A DNA stretch of 64,000 nucleotides from Thalia democratica (Eukaryota): assembly GCA_965202585.1 (NCBI GenBank), contig OZ241834.1, positions 682,001-746,000 on the forward strand, read 5' to 3'. This document shows positions 38,239 through 50,200 of this stretch, in pieces. The notes beneath the pieces were generated by a model that was given only the letters and a program-made list of their open reading frames with translations, did no database searches and was not told the origin of the DNA. The position numbers and the translations under genes were made by a program. The first letter of the stretch is position 1, and every line of letters begins with the position of its first letter.

Positions 38239-38533
38239 CAGGGGTCGGCAGCCTTATGTAACTCGCCGGCCAACTTTCTTAAAAAAAAAATTTCTAACGG
38301 GCCGCATTTATTAAAAAAAGGTTCTAGTAATCAGGAAAAATACATTATTTAAGATCAAAAATATAACAATTTAAGCAATATTAGAGGACTAATAAAAAGT
38401 ATTTATTGAAGTAAGAGCCTTACTGTAAGTTTTTATTACAAAATATTTAATTTTTATGTTTTAAAAATGTATGTTTCAGGTTAACTAGGAGCCGCAGATT
38501 TTGACTTTGAAGTCCGCAGTTTACCGACCTCTG
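38239..38533. mobile_element. hAT MITE, right-arm mirror copy of 22728-23058
   Basis: TIR CAGGGGTCGGCA / TACCGACCTCTG. TSD TTATACGC (38231-38238, 38534-38541). Confidence 0.9.
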
Positions 38534-41149
38534 TTATACGCTTTACCTTGATAGACTACAAACACATAATTTAAATTTTAAGAACATAGAAAACTTAACC
38601 TCATTACTTTTTTTAAACTAGGTTAAGGTTAAACTACAATTAATTTACTATCCATTTCTGAATCTTATAAAATAATTTATATTCTTAAGTGTAAAAACAA
38701 GAACATTATATTTATATATCATTTCAATAATGATGTTCGGCATAATTCTTTGTTTTATCGTTCAGTTAAAAATTGGAACAAACTTTAAAATAATTTAGTG
38801 TCTTGCAAAAAAGTTAAACATTTTCGATTAAAGTTAAAAACTTAGGTTTGCTGTTCTTTTATCAACAATTGATTTAATCCATAGTTCGATTATATTAGCA
38901 GCGCTTTTCCTCTATGATTAATAAAACCCTTTACAATGTGTTCGTTAAGATTTACTAGGCCTGTCTATTCTTAATGTGCTTGGGGCTTATAATTTCATTG
39001 CTAGTCAATGCATTTAATCTTTTAATGTTTTATTGAAATATTTTGTATATCTTGATATTGTACGTTTGTAATTGTATCGATTATGCCTTGGCAATGCAAT
39101 AAATGATAATAAGATCTTAATTCAACATATTTCATAGAATTGCAACTTAAATACATACATTATTAATGATGACAAATAACTATATTATAACCGGACTAAA
39201 GCACTATATATTTTTTTGTAAACAATTAAATATTTTGAAGGTTGATATCAAAAATTAATAAGTAGGTTGATGCCAAAGTCTTTGTTTGTTTTCACTTAAT
39301 TGGATTTTAAATGATTGAAGTCTGGTAAGAAGTTGATGCTAATAGAGGAAAAAGTAATACTTTAACGAATGATGAAAAGTCCCCCATAAGGGTCTTCTTT
39401 ACAACGTTGTTTCAACTATTTTAGTACAACCCTAATATCAATGCGACACACTTGGTAATTTTTACTCAACTGGCACTTATGCTAATAATCTTAATCAATC
39501 AAATTGACAACAAACGTTTTAGATTTCGTTAACTTTCGAATATTCTAAATGCTTAAATATATTGCTATGAACCTAAAATTCTTAAACTACACGCGTACTG
39601 ATCAGTATGTACTTAAAGTAAAGTGTAAAACACTAACAACGAATTAATGTACTCCTAAATAATAACAACTAATATACCATTATTTTTCTTTGTACATAAA
39701 GAATACTGTTTAAATTTATTATTATTATATATTCCAGTTAACTTGTATCGCAATGATCTGTATTAGTTTACGCTTTAATTTATATTTTGAATAGTTTATT
39801 CTTAAATATGCTTTTAATTATATTTTAGACAACCCGCTTACTAAAAAAGTCGCTTGATAAACTATTTTCAATAATTATTTATATATATATAATCAGTATG
39901 TATTAGTGCTTATTGTATTAATCAGTATGTAAGCACTTAAAGCTTAAAATTGTAATTAATTTAGTTTTACTTTTATTGAAACATTATGAACCCAAATTAA
40001 ATTTTAAATAGTAAATATGAAGATATTGGTAGTATAAAATGAAGATATAAAGTGATTTACCAAAAATAATTTTGCACATATTAATTAATAAATTTTCAAT
40101 CTTTTAACTTCAATTTTTAATTAGAATAATACATTACATAGTATATAGTAATAATACCAATAAATTAAATAGAATTTAACATTATATTTTAACAAATTTA
40201 TGGTTTCAGAAAACTTTAAATTGCTTAAACAAAATGCTCTTTGCAGCACATAAAACAAATAAATTATCCCAAATAATATTTACATTCATCTGTTCCAACA
40301 GGTAATTGAAACTGAACTTTACAGCAGGTGTGCCAACCTTTTGCTTATATGTGAAAAGAATGAAAATTGTTGAACTAAGTAACAATCATATGAAATTTAT
40401 GTCTTAATAAAATTACTTTGTAATATAAGAAGTAGTTTGTAGTTTAAACTTTTATTAAAGTTATTAATTGCTGAATATTATAGAAATTATGTCAATAAAG
40501 CATGATTATCTTACTAAGGGCTTAAAAGACAAATCATTAGTTATACAAGTGTTACCAGATTGTTAAATAATAAAGTAATAAATAATAAGATTGTCTCCTT
40601 GGTTATTTAATCAACAAACTTTTATCTAAAAAAGTATGTATGTATGAAATAAACAAATTTAAAGATACATCAATGGTATATTTATAATAATCAAAAATAG
40701 ACGACTTTTTATAGAAAAACACGCTAAACTATTTTTAAAATATTACTAAGCTTTACCACCATAAGTCTATACAATTTAACAAACGTCAAAAAAGTTTATT
40801 TGAACTTGTGTAAAAAGATCTTTGAAACTTAGGATACAAAGAACTATTAACATTGAAAGTAATAATTAAACAAATTGCTGTAGATCATTAAAAAAGGAGA
40901 GATTTTTCAGTAAACGTTTCCATTTTTTCTTAATTTTAAACTATCATTAATAATTTATGATATTAAAGTAAACTTATTTTGTAGTTACTTTAAAAATATA
41001 AACTATTTTTTAAATTAAAAAATCACGTAACTTAATTTTAACATCATAAAATGTGACTAAAGTATTTAGAAATATTGTGTGTGATTTATAAATGATCTCC
41101 ATCGAGATAGTTTTCAAAAATGATTCGTCAAAGTTTAAACATCATTTCA

Positions 41150-41935
41150 TGATTCTTTAAAGAGACAAAGCACCTGCCCAGTCTCCCATGAACTCCACAT
41201 TCGTGGAAGATGTTGTTTCCATTTGTTCACGAGTGAGATGTCATATTTTCCACTTTGCCGTCGTGAGCCTTGTTGAGGTCTTTGATGAAATCAGCAAAGA
41301 AATCTGTCCAATCTGCATATAGTGTCATGCTTGGAATGTGTAAACCTCATTTTGAAACGGATACATTGATTAAGATATTAGGACAATCAGGCGAAGCCAT
41401 CTCCGCACACTCTTGTTTAAAAGGCGGTCAAAATTTCCCATCACGTTTTGCTGGTCTCCGTGAAGTTGAGTTGATTTTTGTCGTGAGGATCTCCCTGATT
41501 TCAGCGGGCAGCGACTGATTTTTTTGAGTTTACTCTACATGTCTTCCAAACTGATTTTTTGTCTCCTGCAGTGTTAATAGAGCTCCAAGATATTTATACT
41601 CGACATGCATTCCATCTGAGGGATTTCAACACCATTAATTATGTAAGATTCTGCCATGTTGTCAATGGTGTATTTGCTTATGGGAAAACAAAGTGGCATA
41701 TTGCGCTTTTTACTGTGTTTATTTGTAGGCTTAACCTCAGTAATTTTTTTAACTAAGATTTCGATTTTTTGGTTGATTTGTGAGTTGTTATTAGCAAAAA
41801 TCACGAGCGCGTCAGCAAATTTATGGCCAACTTTTGTTTTTCCAAAGGAAACTTCATCTTGATTCGTGATAGAGTTCAGGGCTTCGTCTAGCATCAGGTT
41901 GAATAAAAGTGGGGAGAGGGGATCTCCCCAAAAAA
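41150..41935 (-). pseudogene. Non-LTR (R2-like) RT relic, motif 4 to thumb
   Basis: GDPLSPLLFNLMLDEALNSI (motif 4), HKFADALVIF (motif 5, normally FADD), EYKYLG after a frameshift (motif 7), then NKSVRRWLRL/DCPNILINVSVSK*GLHIPS (thumb). Confidence 0.9.
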
Positions 41936-41994
41936 CTTAATCCGGCTAGTTAACAGAATCAAACCGAAAACTATCTAAACTGGAGCATGTACAA

Positions 41995-42095
41995 TAACTA
42001 AAACTGGAAAGAGGGGTAATACAAGGCGACCTCTCTCACTGTTCAACATGGTACTGGACGAAGCACTCAGTAGCATCAAGGACCAAGGAGAGGTA
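41995..42095 (+). pseudogene. Short paralogous RT motif-4 fragment in the opposite orientation
   Basis: KLERGVIQGD, then LFNMVLDEALSSIKDQGEV after a small deletion; homologous to 41850-41930 on the other strand. Confidence 0.8.
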
Positions 42096-42195
42096 CTTTA
42101 ATTTAGTAATTAATGGTTGGCTCTCGTCTTTTATTTCTGGATAACTTTTTTCTAATATATTAGATTTTTTCAAGTCTTTATTTGTTCGTTACAAC

Positions 42196-42275
42196 TGGGT
42201 GTGTGTTGTGCATGTGGAGTCATAAAGAGCGGTTGTTGCTAAATATTTGTTAAATGTGGTTTGACATAATTCGCA
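42196..42275 (-). pseudogene. CCHH zinc-finger remnant of the R2 N-terminal type
   Basis: CELCQTT, then FSNNRSL*LHMHNTHP across an 11-nt insertion. This gives C-x2-C-x3-F-x5-L-x2-H-x4-H-P spacing. Confidence 0.7.
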
Positions 42276-42874
42276 TAATTTGAGTTATGTCGGATGCCGA
42301 GGCGCGATAATCTAACATTCAGCTTTTATGTTCAGGGCTTTCTGTGAGCTGAAGACTTGTTCGTTTCATAATTCGGAATCGGTAAATATCGGAATTTAGC
42401 TGTTACTATTCCAAAAATCAAACTTATTAAATAAAACAGAGAAAAAGAAAGTTTTCATAATTTTTTTTTATCTTTCCTTTTTATAAGAAACCTGAATGAT
42501 CAAAAAAAAATTCATATTTTGTTTAGAATATAGTTTTTTTGTTCAATTTTTATATATGCAAATATAAAATATAACAAAATGTGAGCTAAAAAAACAATAA
42601 TCAGACTAACTGAGATGCAAACCGAAAACTTAATGAAATACAAAGTAAAAAAAAATAATGCTTTGATAATTTTTTTAATTGCAATTTGGGTTTGTCTGAT
42701 AGAATCTATGAAGTTTTTTTTTGAGTCAAAGGGTGTTGATATGTGTTTAATTTTTTTAGTTTTTCTTCTTTTTACTATTATTATTTTTATTTATTGTAGG
42801 ACTGTATAATTGTTTTGTTTCGTTGACTTTAGGGAATTCTGTTCAAGTCTCTTACATTTTCTTTCAAACATTTT

Positions 42875-43093
42875 TCTGTCTAGCACAGCTTGTTAGTTTC
42901 CTTCAATTCCTACGTGGGCTTTTACGTGGGAGAATTTTAATTTTAAATTCTGTTTAATATTCGCATTAGTATGTCTCGGTTTATTACTTAAGTTTTGTTT
43001 TTGGTTAGCCAGCACCTTTTTATATTCTGGTATTTTTTCTATCATAGTTATTGAATATTGGTTATCGGATTTAATGCGAATGTGTTTAAGATT
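42875..43093 (-). pseudogene. Ribonuclease H domain remnant
   Basis: Single frame NLKHIRIKSDNQYSITMIEKI...LKLKFSHVKAHVGIEGN*QA. Matches the RNase HI motifs I.I.SDSQY and HVKAH.G..GNE.AD. Confidence 0.85.
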
Positions 43094-43094
43094 A

Positions 43095-44215
43095 ACAAGT
43101 CATAGACAAACTGACTAAAGAAGGTATCTCAAAGATGGATACTAAGTTGTTGATGAAATGCTTCCTAGATGAAAGAAAAATGCCTCTTGAAAGGTTTAAC
43201 ATGGTTCTGATCCCAAAGCATGAGAGGACAAATCATCCGAACTACTTTATTTTGTCGATAGGGCTAAATTTATTCATTGATATGTATCTATGACAAAAAG
43301 AGCTCTGGAATGCTGAAAGTTATCCCAAATAAAAACAGATAGCTTGCAGCGTGGATTTAAAGCTAAGGAAGGAATCTTGGCGAGGGCAGCGAAGAAAGTA
43401 ATAAAAGTATGTCAGTATCATAAATTAAAAATATATCTGAAGTTCGACAGTGAGAATCACCTGAGGCTGACGGAGGTGCTCAACTGGCACCAACTCAACA
43501 CTCAACTGAAAGATAATTACAAACATGTACAACAGTTCATGTTTGAGAACTTGGTTAAAGAATTTCAATAGGATCTTGTAAGACATAGTGAAGAAAGTAA
43601 TCAACGAAGGAAGAAGTAAATAGCATGTTTAGACCTGAAGAAAGAATTCGACTCGGTTAATCACCTAAAGCTGGTTGAACTCGTCTGGAATACTAAGAAA
43701 AATAAAGGTTCAGACAACGAATTACTAACATGTATAGAGGTAACAGCTTATTCCTGAAAACAGGAGAACAAATCCCGATAGAAAAAGCTACGAAAAAATC
43801 AAATGTCGCCTACGCTCTTCAACCTTACCCTTAACGAAGGCAGAAAATTATCAATATCATGGATAGATCTGAAGAAATCAATCGACTCGGTCAATAATCA
43901 TAAACTGATTGAAGTCCTCAACTCGACTGGCATTCCAAGAAAGATAACTCGACAAATTACTAACATGTATGGTGGAAACAGCTTATATTTGAGAACTGAT
44001 AAAAAAATTCCAATTAAACGTGGGGTACTCCAAGGCGATGTAAATAACAATGATCAATCTTAAATGAAGCGCTTAGAGGTTTCACGGAAGGAATTAAATC
44101 AAAACTACTTTCGCAGTGAACACGGACTTTGGAAGAACTTTGGAAGGTTATAAACAGGGAACCGAAAAACCGATCCACCTGAACATCTGGAAAACCTCGA
44201 GTTCACCACCAACAA
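43095..44215 (+). pseudogene. Non-LTR RT relic, motifs 1-6, scrambled, with a duplicated motif 3-4 segment
   Basis: NMVLIPK, LQRGFKAKEG, IACLDLKKEFDSVNHLKL...ITNMYRGNSLFLKTGEQIPIEK, SPTLFNLTLNE, ISWIDLKKSIDSVNNHKLIEVLNSTGIPRKITRQITNMYGG...IPIKRGVLQGD, NEALRG, IHLNIWKT. Confidence 0.9.
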
Positions 44216-44299
44216 TCATTATAAGTTATTAAAGATCGTGAAGAACAAGTTTATACTTATTTTTTGTAACTTTATTAAAACCGGTTGAAACTATCAAAG

Positions 44300-47200
44300 G
44301 TAAATTTGATAAAATGAATTACTTATGAGTAAATGGAGTACCTTCGTAAAGTGTCGATAGTGTAAACCATCTCAAGATGGTCGAAGTATTGAATTCGCGT
44401 GGAGTATGCAAAATGACTCGTATAATAGCGCATATGAGGTATAGGTGCAATTCTGTCACGCAAAGAACGAATAGCAATAGAACGGGGAAAGAGTTCCAAA
44501 AGAAACATGGATTGTAACAGGAACCAAAATTGACCAACTTTAAACCAGTTGACCCACTCAAGGGTAAGAGTATATTTGAGAAAATGAATTACTTATGAGT
44601 AAATGGAGTACCTTCGTAAAGTGTTCGATAGTGTCAACCATCTCAAGATAGTCGAGGTGTTGAATTCGCGTGGGGTACGAAAAATGACTCGTATAATAGC
44701 GCAAATGTACTGAGGTAACGGTGCATTTCTGCAAATAACAGATAGCAATAAAAGGCGGAAAGAGCTCCAATATAAACATGGATTGTAACAGGAAGCAAAA
44801 ATTGACCAACTTTAAACCAGTTGACCCACTCAAGGGTAAGAGTATATTTGAGAAAATGAATTACTTATGAGTAAATGGAGTACCTTCGTAAAACGTTCGA
44901 TAGTGTCAACCATCTCAAGATAGTCGAGGTGTTGTATTCGGGTGGGGTACGAAAAATGACTCGTATAATAGCGCAAATGTACCGAGGTAAAAGTGCATTT
45001 CTGCAAAGAACAGATAGCAATAAAAGGCGGAAAGAGCTCAAATATAAACATGGATTGTAACAGGAAGCAAAGTTGACCAACTTTAAACCAGTTGACCCAC
45101 TCAAGGGTAAGAGTAAATTTGAGAAAATGAATTACTTATGAGTAAATAAAGTACCTTCGTAAAGTGTTCGATAGTGTCAACCATCTCAAGATAGTCGAGG
45201 TGTTGAATTCGCGTGGGGTACGAAAAATGACTCGTATAATAGCGCAAATGTACCGAGGTAACGGTGCATTTCTGCAAATAACAGATAGCAATAAAAGGCG
45301 GAAAGAGCTCCAATATAAACATGGATTGTAACAGGAGGCAAAATTGACCAACTTTAAACCAGTTGACCCACTCAAGGGTAAGAGTAAATTTGATAAAATC
45401 AATTACTTATGAGTAAATGGAGTACCTTCGTAAAGTGTTCGATAGTGTCAACCATCTCAAGATAGTCGAGGTGTTGAATTTGCGTGGGGTACGAAAAATG
45501 ACTCGTATAATAGCGCAAATGTACCGAGGTAACGGTGCATTTCTGCAAAGAACAGATAGCAATAAAAGGCGGAAAGAGCTCAAATATAAACATGAATTGT
45601 AATAGGAAGCAAAAATTGACCAACTTTAAACCAATTGACCCACTCAAGGGTAAGAGTAAATTTGAGAAAATGAATTACTTATGAGTAAATGGAGTACCTT
45701 CGTAAAGTGTTCGATAGTGTCAACCATCTCAAGATAGTCGAAGTATTGAATTCGCGTTGAGTAGGCAAAATGACTCGTATAATAGCGCATATGAGGTATA
45801 GGTGCAATTCTGTCACGAAAAGAACGAATAGCAATAGAACGGGGAAAGAGTTCCAAAAGAAACATGGATTGTAACAGGAGGCAAAATTGACCAACTTTAA
45901 ACCAGTTGACCCACTCAAGGGTAAGAGTAAATTTGAGAAAATGAATTACTTATGAATAAATGGAGTACCTTCGTAAAGAGTTCGATAGTGTCAATCATCT
46001 TAAGATAGTCGAGGTGTTGAATTCGCGTGGGGTACGAAAAATGACTCGTATAATAGCGCAAATGTACTGAGGTAACGGTGCATTTCTGCAAAGAACAGAT
46101 AGCAATAAAAGGCGGAAAGAGCTCCAATATAAACATGGATTGTAACAATAAGCAAAGTTGACCAACTTTAAACTAGTTGACCCACTCAAGGGTAAGAGTA
46201 AATTTGAGAAAATGAATTACTTATGAGTAAATGGAGTACCTTCGTAAAGTGTTCGATAGTGTCAATCATCTCAAGATAGTCGAGGTGTTGAATTCGCGTG
46301 GGGTACGAAAAATGACTCGTATAATAGCGTATATGAGGTATAGGTGCAATTCTGTCACGAAAAGAACGAATAGCAATAGAACGGGGAAAGAGTTCCAAAA
46401 GAAACATGGATTGTAACAGGAGGCAAAATTGACCAACTTTAAACCAGTTGACCCACTCAAGGGTAAGAGTAAATTTGAGAAAATGAATTACTTATGAATA
46501 AATGGAGTACCTTCGTAAAGAGTTCGATAGTGTCAATCATCTCAAGAGAGTCGAGGTGTTGAATTCGCGTGGGGTACGAAAAATGACTCGTATAATAGCG
46601 CAAATGTACCGAGGTAACGGTGCATTTCTGCAAAGAACAGATAGCAATAAAAGGCGGAAAGAGTTCGAATATAAACATGGATTGTAACAATAAGCAAAGT
46701 TGACCAACTTTAAACCAGTTGACCCACTCAAGGGTAAGAGTAAATTTGAGAAAATGAATTACTTATGAATAAATGGAGTACCTTCGTAAAGTGTTTGATA
46801 GTGTCAACCATCTCAAGATAGTCGAGGTGTTGAATTCGCGTGGGGTACGAAAAATGATTCGTATAATAGCGCAAATGTACCGAGGTAACGGTGCATTTCT
46901 GCAAAGAACAGATAGCAATAAAAGGCGGAATAGCTCCAATATAAACATAGATTCTAACAATAAGCAAAGTTGACCAACTTTAAACCAGTTGACCCACTCA
47001 AGGGTAAGAGTAAATTTGAGAAAATGAACTACTGATGAGTAAATGGAGTACCTTCGTAAAGTGTTCGATAGTGTCAACCATCTCAAGATAGTCGAGGTGT
47101 TGAATTCGCGTGGGGTACGAAAAATGACTCGTATAATAGCGCAAATGTACCGAGGTAACGGTGCATTTCTGCAAAGAACAGATAGCAATAAAAGGCGGAA

Positions 47201-50200
47201 AGAGCTCCAATATAAACATGGATTGTAACAATAAGCAAAGTTGACCAACTTTAAACCAGTTGACCAACTCAAGGGTAAGAGTAAATTTGATAAAATGAAT
47301 TACTTATGAGTAAATGGAGTACCTTCGTAAAGTGTTCGATAGTGTAAACCATCTCAAGTTAGTCGAGGTGTTGAATTCGCGTTGGGTACGAAAAATGACT
47401 CGTATAATAGCGCAAATGTACCGAGGTAACGGTGCATTTCTGCAAATAACAGATAGCAATAAAAGGCGGAAAGAGCTCCAATATAAACATGGATTGTAAC
47501 AATAAGCAAAGTTGACCAACTTTAAACCAGTTGACCCACTCAAGGGTAAGAGTAAATTTGAGAAAATGAATTACTTATGAGTAAATGGAGTACCTTCGTA
47601 AAGTGTTCGATAGTGTCAACCATCTCAAGATAGTCGAGGTGTTGAATTCGCGTGGGGTCCCAAGCAAAATAACTCGAATAATAGCGCAAACGTACCAAGG
47701 TAACGGAGCATTTTTGCAAATAATAGATAGCAATAAAAGGCGGAAAGAGCTCAAATATAAACATGAATTGTAACAGGAGGCAAAGTTGACCAACTTTAAA
47801 CCAGTTGACCCACTCAAGGGTTAGAGTAAATTTGAGAAAATGAATTACTTATGAGTAAATGGAGTACCTTCGTAAAACGTTCGATAGTGTCAACCATCTC
47901 AAGATAGTCGAGGTGTTGAATTCGCGTGGGGTACGAAAAATGACTCGTATAATAGCGCAAATGTACCGAGGTAACGGTGCATTTCTGCAAAGAACAGATA
48001 GCAATAAAAGGCGGAAAGAGCTCAAATATAAACATGAATTGTAACAGGAGGCAAAGTTGACCAACTTTAAACCAGTTGACCCACTCAAGGGTAAGAGTAA
48101 ATTTGAGAAAATGAATTACTTATGAGTAAATGGAGTACCTTCGTAAAACGTTCGATAGTGTCAACCATCTCAAGATAGTCGAGGTGTTGAATTCGCGTGG
48201 GGTACGAAAAATGACTCGTATAATAGCGCAAATGTACCGAGGTAACGGTGCATTTCTGCAAAGAACAGATAGCAATAAAAGGCGGAAAGAGCTCAAATAT
48301 AAACATGAATTGTAACAGGAGGCAAAGTTGACCAACTTTAAACCAGTTGACCCACTCAAGGGTAAGAGTAAATTTGAGAAAATGAATTACTTATGAGTAA
48401 ATGGAGTACCTTCGTAAAGTGTTCGATAGTGTCAACCATCTCAAAATAGTCGAGGTGTTGAATTCGCGTGGGGTACGAAAAATGACTCATATAATAGCGC
48501 AAATGTACCGAGGTAACGGTGCATTTCTGCAATTAACAGATAGCAATAAAAGGCGGAAAGAGCTCAAATATAAACATGAATTGTAACAGGAGGCAAAGTT
48601 GACCAACTTTAAACCAGTTGACCCACTCAAGGGTTAGAGTAAATTTGAGAAAATGAATTACTTATGAGTAAATGGAGTACCTTCGTAAAACGTTCGATAG
48701 TGTCAACCATCTCAAGATAGTCGAGGTGTTGAATTCGCGTGGGGTACGAAAAATGACTCATATAATAGCGCAAATGTACCGAGGTAACGGTGCATTTCTG
48801 CAAATAACAGATAGCAATAAAAGGCGGAAAGAGCTCCAATATAAACATGGATTGTAACAATAAGCAAAGTTGACCAACTTTAAACCAGTTGACCCACTCA
48901 AGGGTAAGAGTAAATTTGATAAAATGAATTACTTATGAGTAAATGGAGTACCTTCGTAAAGTGTTCGATAGTGTCAACCATCTCAAGATAGTCGAGGTGT
49001 TGAATTCGCGTGGGATACGAAAAATGACTCGTATAATAGCGCAAATGTACCGAGGTAACGGTGCATTTCTGCAAATAACAGATAGCAATAAAAGGCGGAA
49101 AGACCTCAAATATAAACATGGATTGTAACAATAAGCAAAGTTGACCAACTTTAAACCAGTTGACCCACTCAAGGGTAAGAGTAAATTTGATAAAATGAAT
49201 TACTTATGAGTAAATGGAGTACCTTCGTAAAGTGTTCGATAGTGTCAATCATCTCAAGATAGTCGAGGTGTTGAATTCGCGTGGGGTACGAAAAATGACT
49301 CGTATAATAGCGCAAATGTACCGAGGTAACGGTGCATTTCTGCAAAGAGCAGATAGCAATAAAAGGCGGAAAGAGCTCCAATATAAACATGGATTGTAAC
49401 AGGAGGCAAAGTTGACCAACTTTAAACCAGTTGACCCACTCAAGGGTAAGAGTAAATTTGAGAAAATGAATTACTTATGAGTAAATGGAGTACCTTCGTA
49501 AAGTGTTCGATAGTGTCAACCATCTCAAGATAGTCGAAGTATTGAATTGGCGTTGAGTAGGCAAAATGACTCGTATAATAGCGCATATGAGGTATAGGTG
49601 CAATTCTGTCACAAAAAGAACGAATAGCAATTGAACGGGGAAAGAGTTCCAAAAGAAACATGGATTGTAACAGGAGGCAAAATTGACCAACTTTAAACCA
49701 GTTGACCCACTCAAGGGTAAGAGTAAATTTGAGAAAATGAATTACTTATGAGTAAATGGAGTACCTTCGTAAAGTGTTCGATAGTGTCAACCATCTCAAG
49801 AGAGTCGAGGTGTTGTATTCGCGTGGGGTACGAAAAATGACTCGTATAATAGCGCAAATGTACCGAGGTAACGGTGCATTTCTGCAAAGAACAGATAGCA
49901 ATAAAAGGCGGAAAGAGCTCAAATATAAACATGGATTGTAACAGGAGGCAAAGTTGACCAACTTTAAACCAGTTGACCCACTCAAGGGTAAGAGTAAATT
50001 TGAGAAAATGAATTACTTATGAGTAAATGGAGTACCTTCGTAAAGTGTTCGATAGTGTCAACCATTTCAAGATAGTCGAGGTGTTGTATTCGCGTGGGGT
50101 ACGAAAAATGACTCGTATAATAGCGCAAATGTACCGAGGTAACAGTGCATTTCTGCAAAGAACAGATAGCAATAAAAGGCGGAAAGAGCTCAAATATAAA

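Larger units (their letters stand above)
31191..39887 (-). repeat. Right arm of the large inverted duplication (core 31191-32750, 35426-35520, ~36976-39887)
   Basis: Reverse complement of the left arm. Inner boundary TGTCTTAAAA (31191) mirrors TTTTAAGACA (ends 26143). The outer match fades in an (AT)n tract near 39887. Confidence 0.95.

Noticed and set aside
42420-42830. ORF 42615-42809 and surrounding T-rich block as a gene or element
   Set aside because: Low-complexity sequence with no motifs or defined termini.
41150-44215. rDNA or snRNA target sequence expected beside site-specific R2-type elements
   Set aside because: No 28S, 18S or snRNA-like sequence recognised in the flanks, and no endonuclease domain seen, so clade and site specificity remain unproven.
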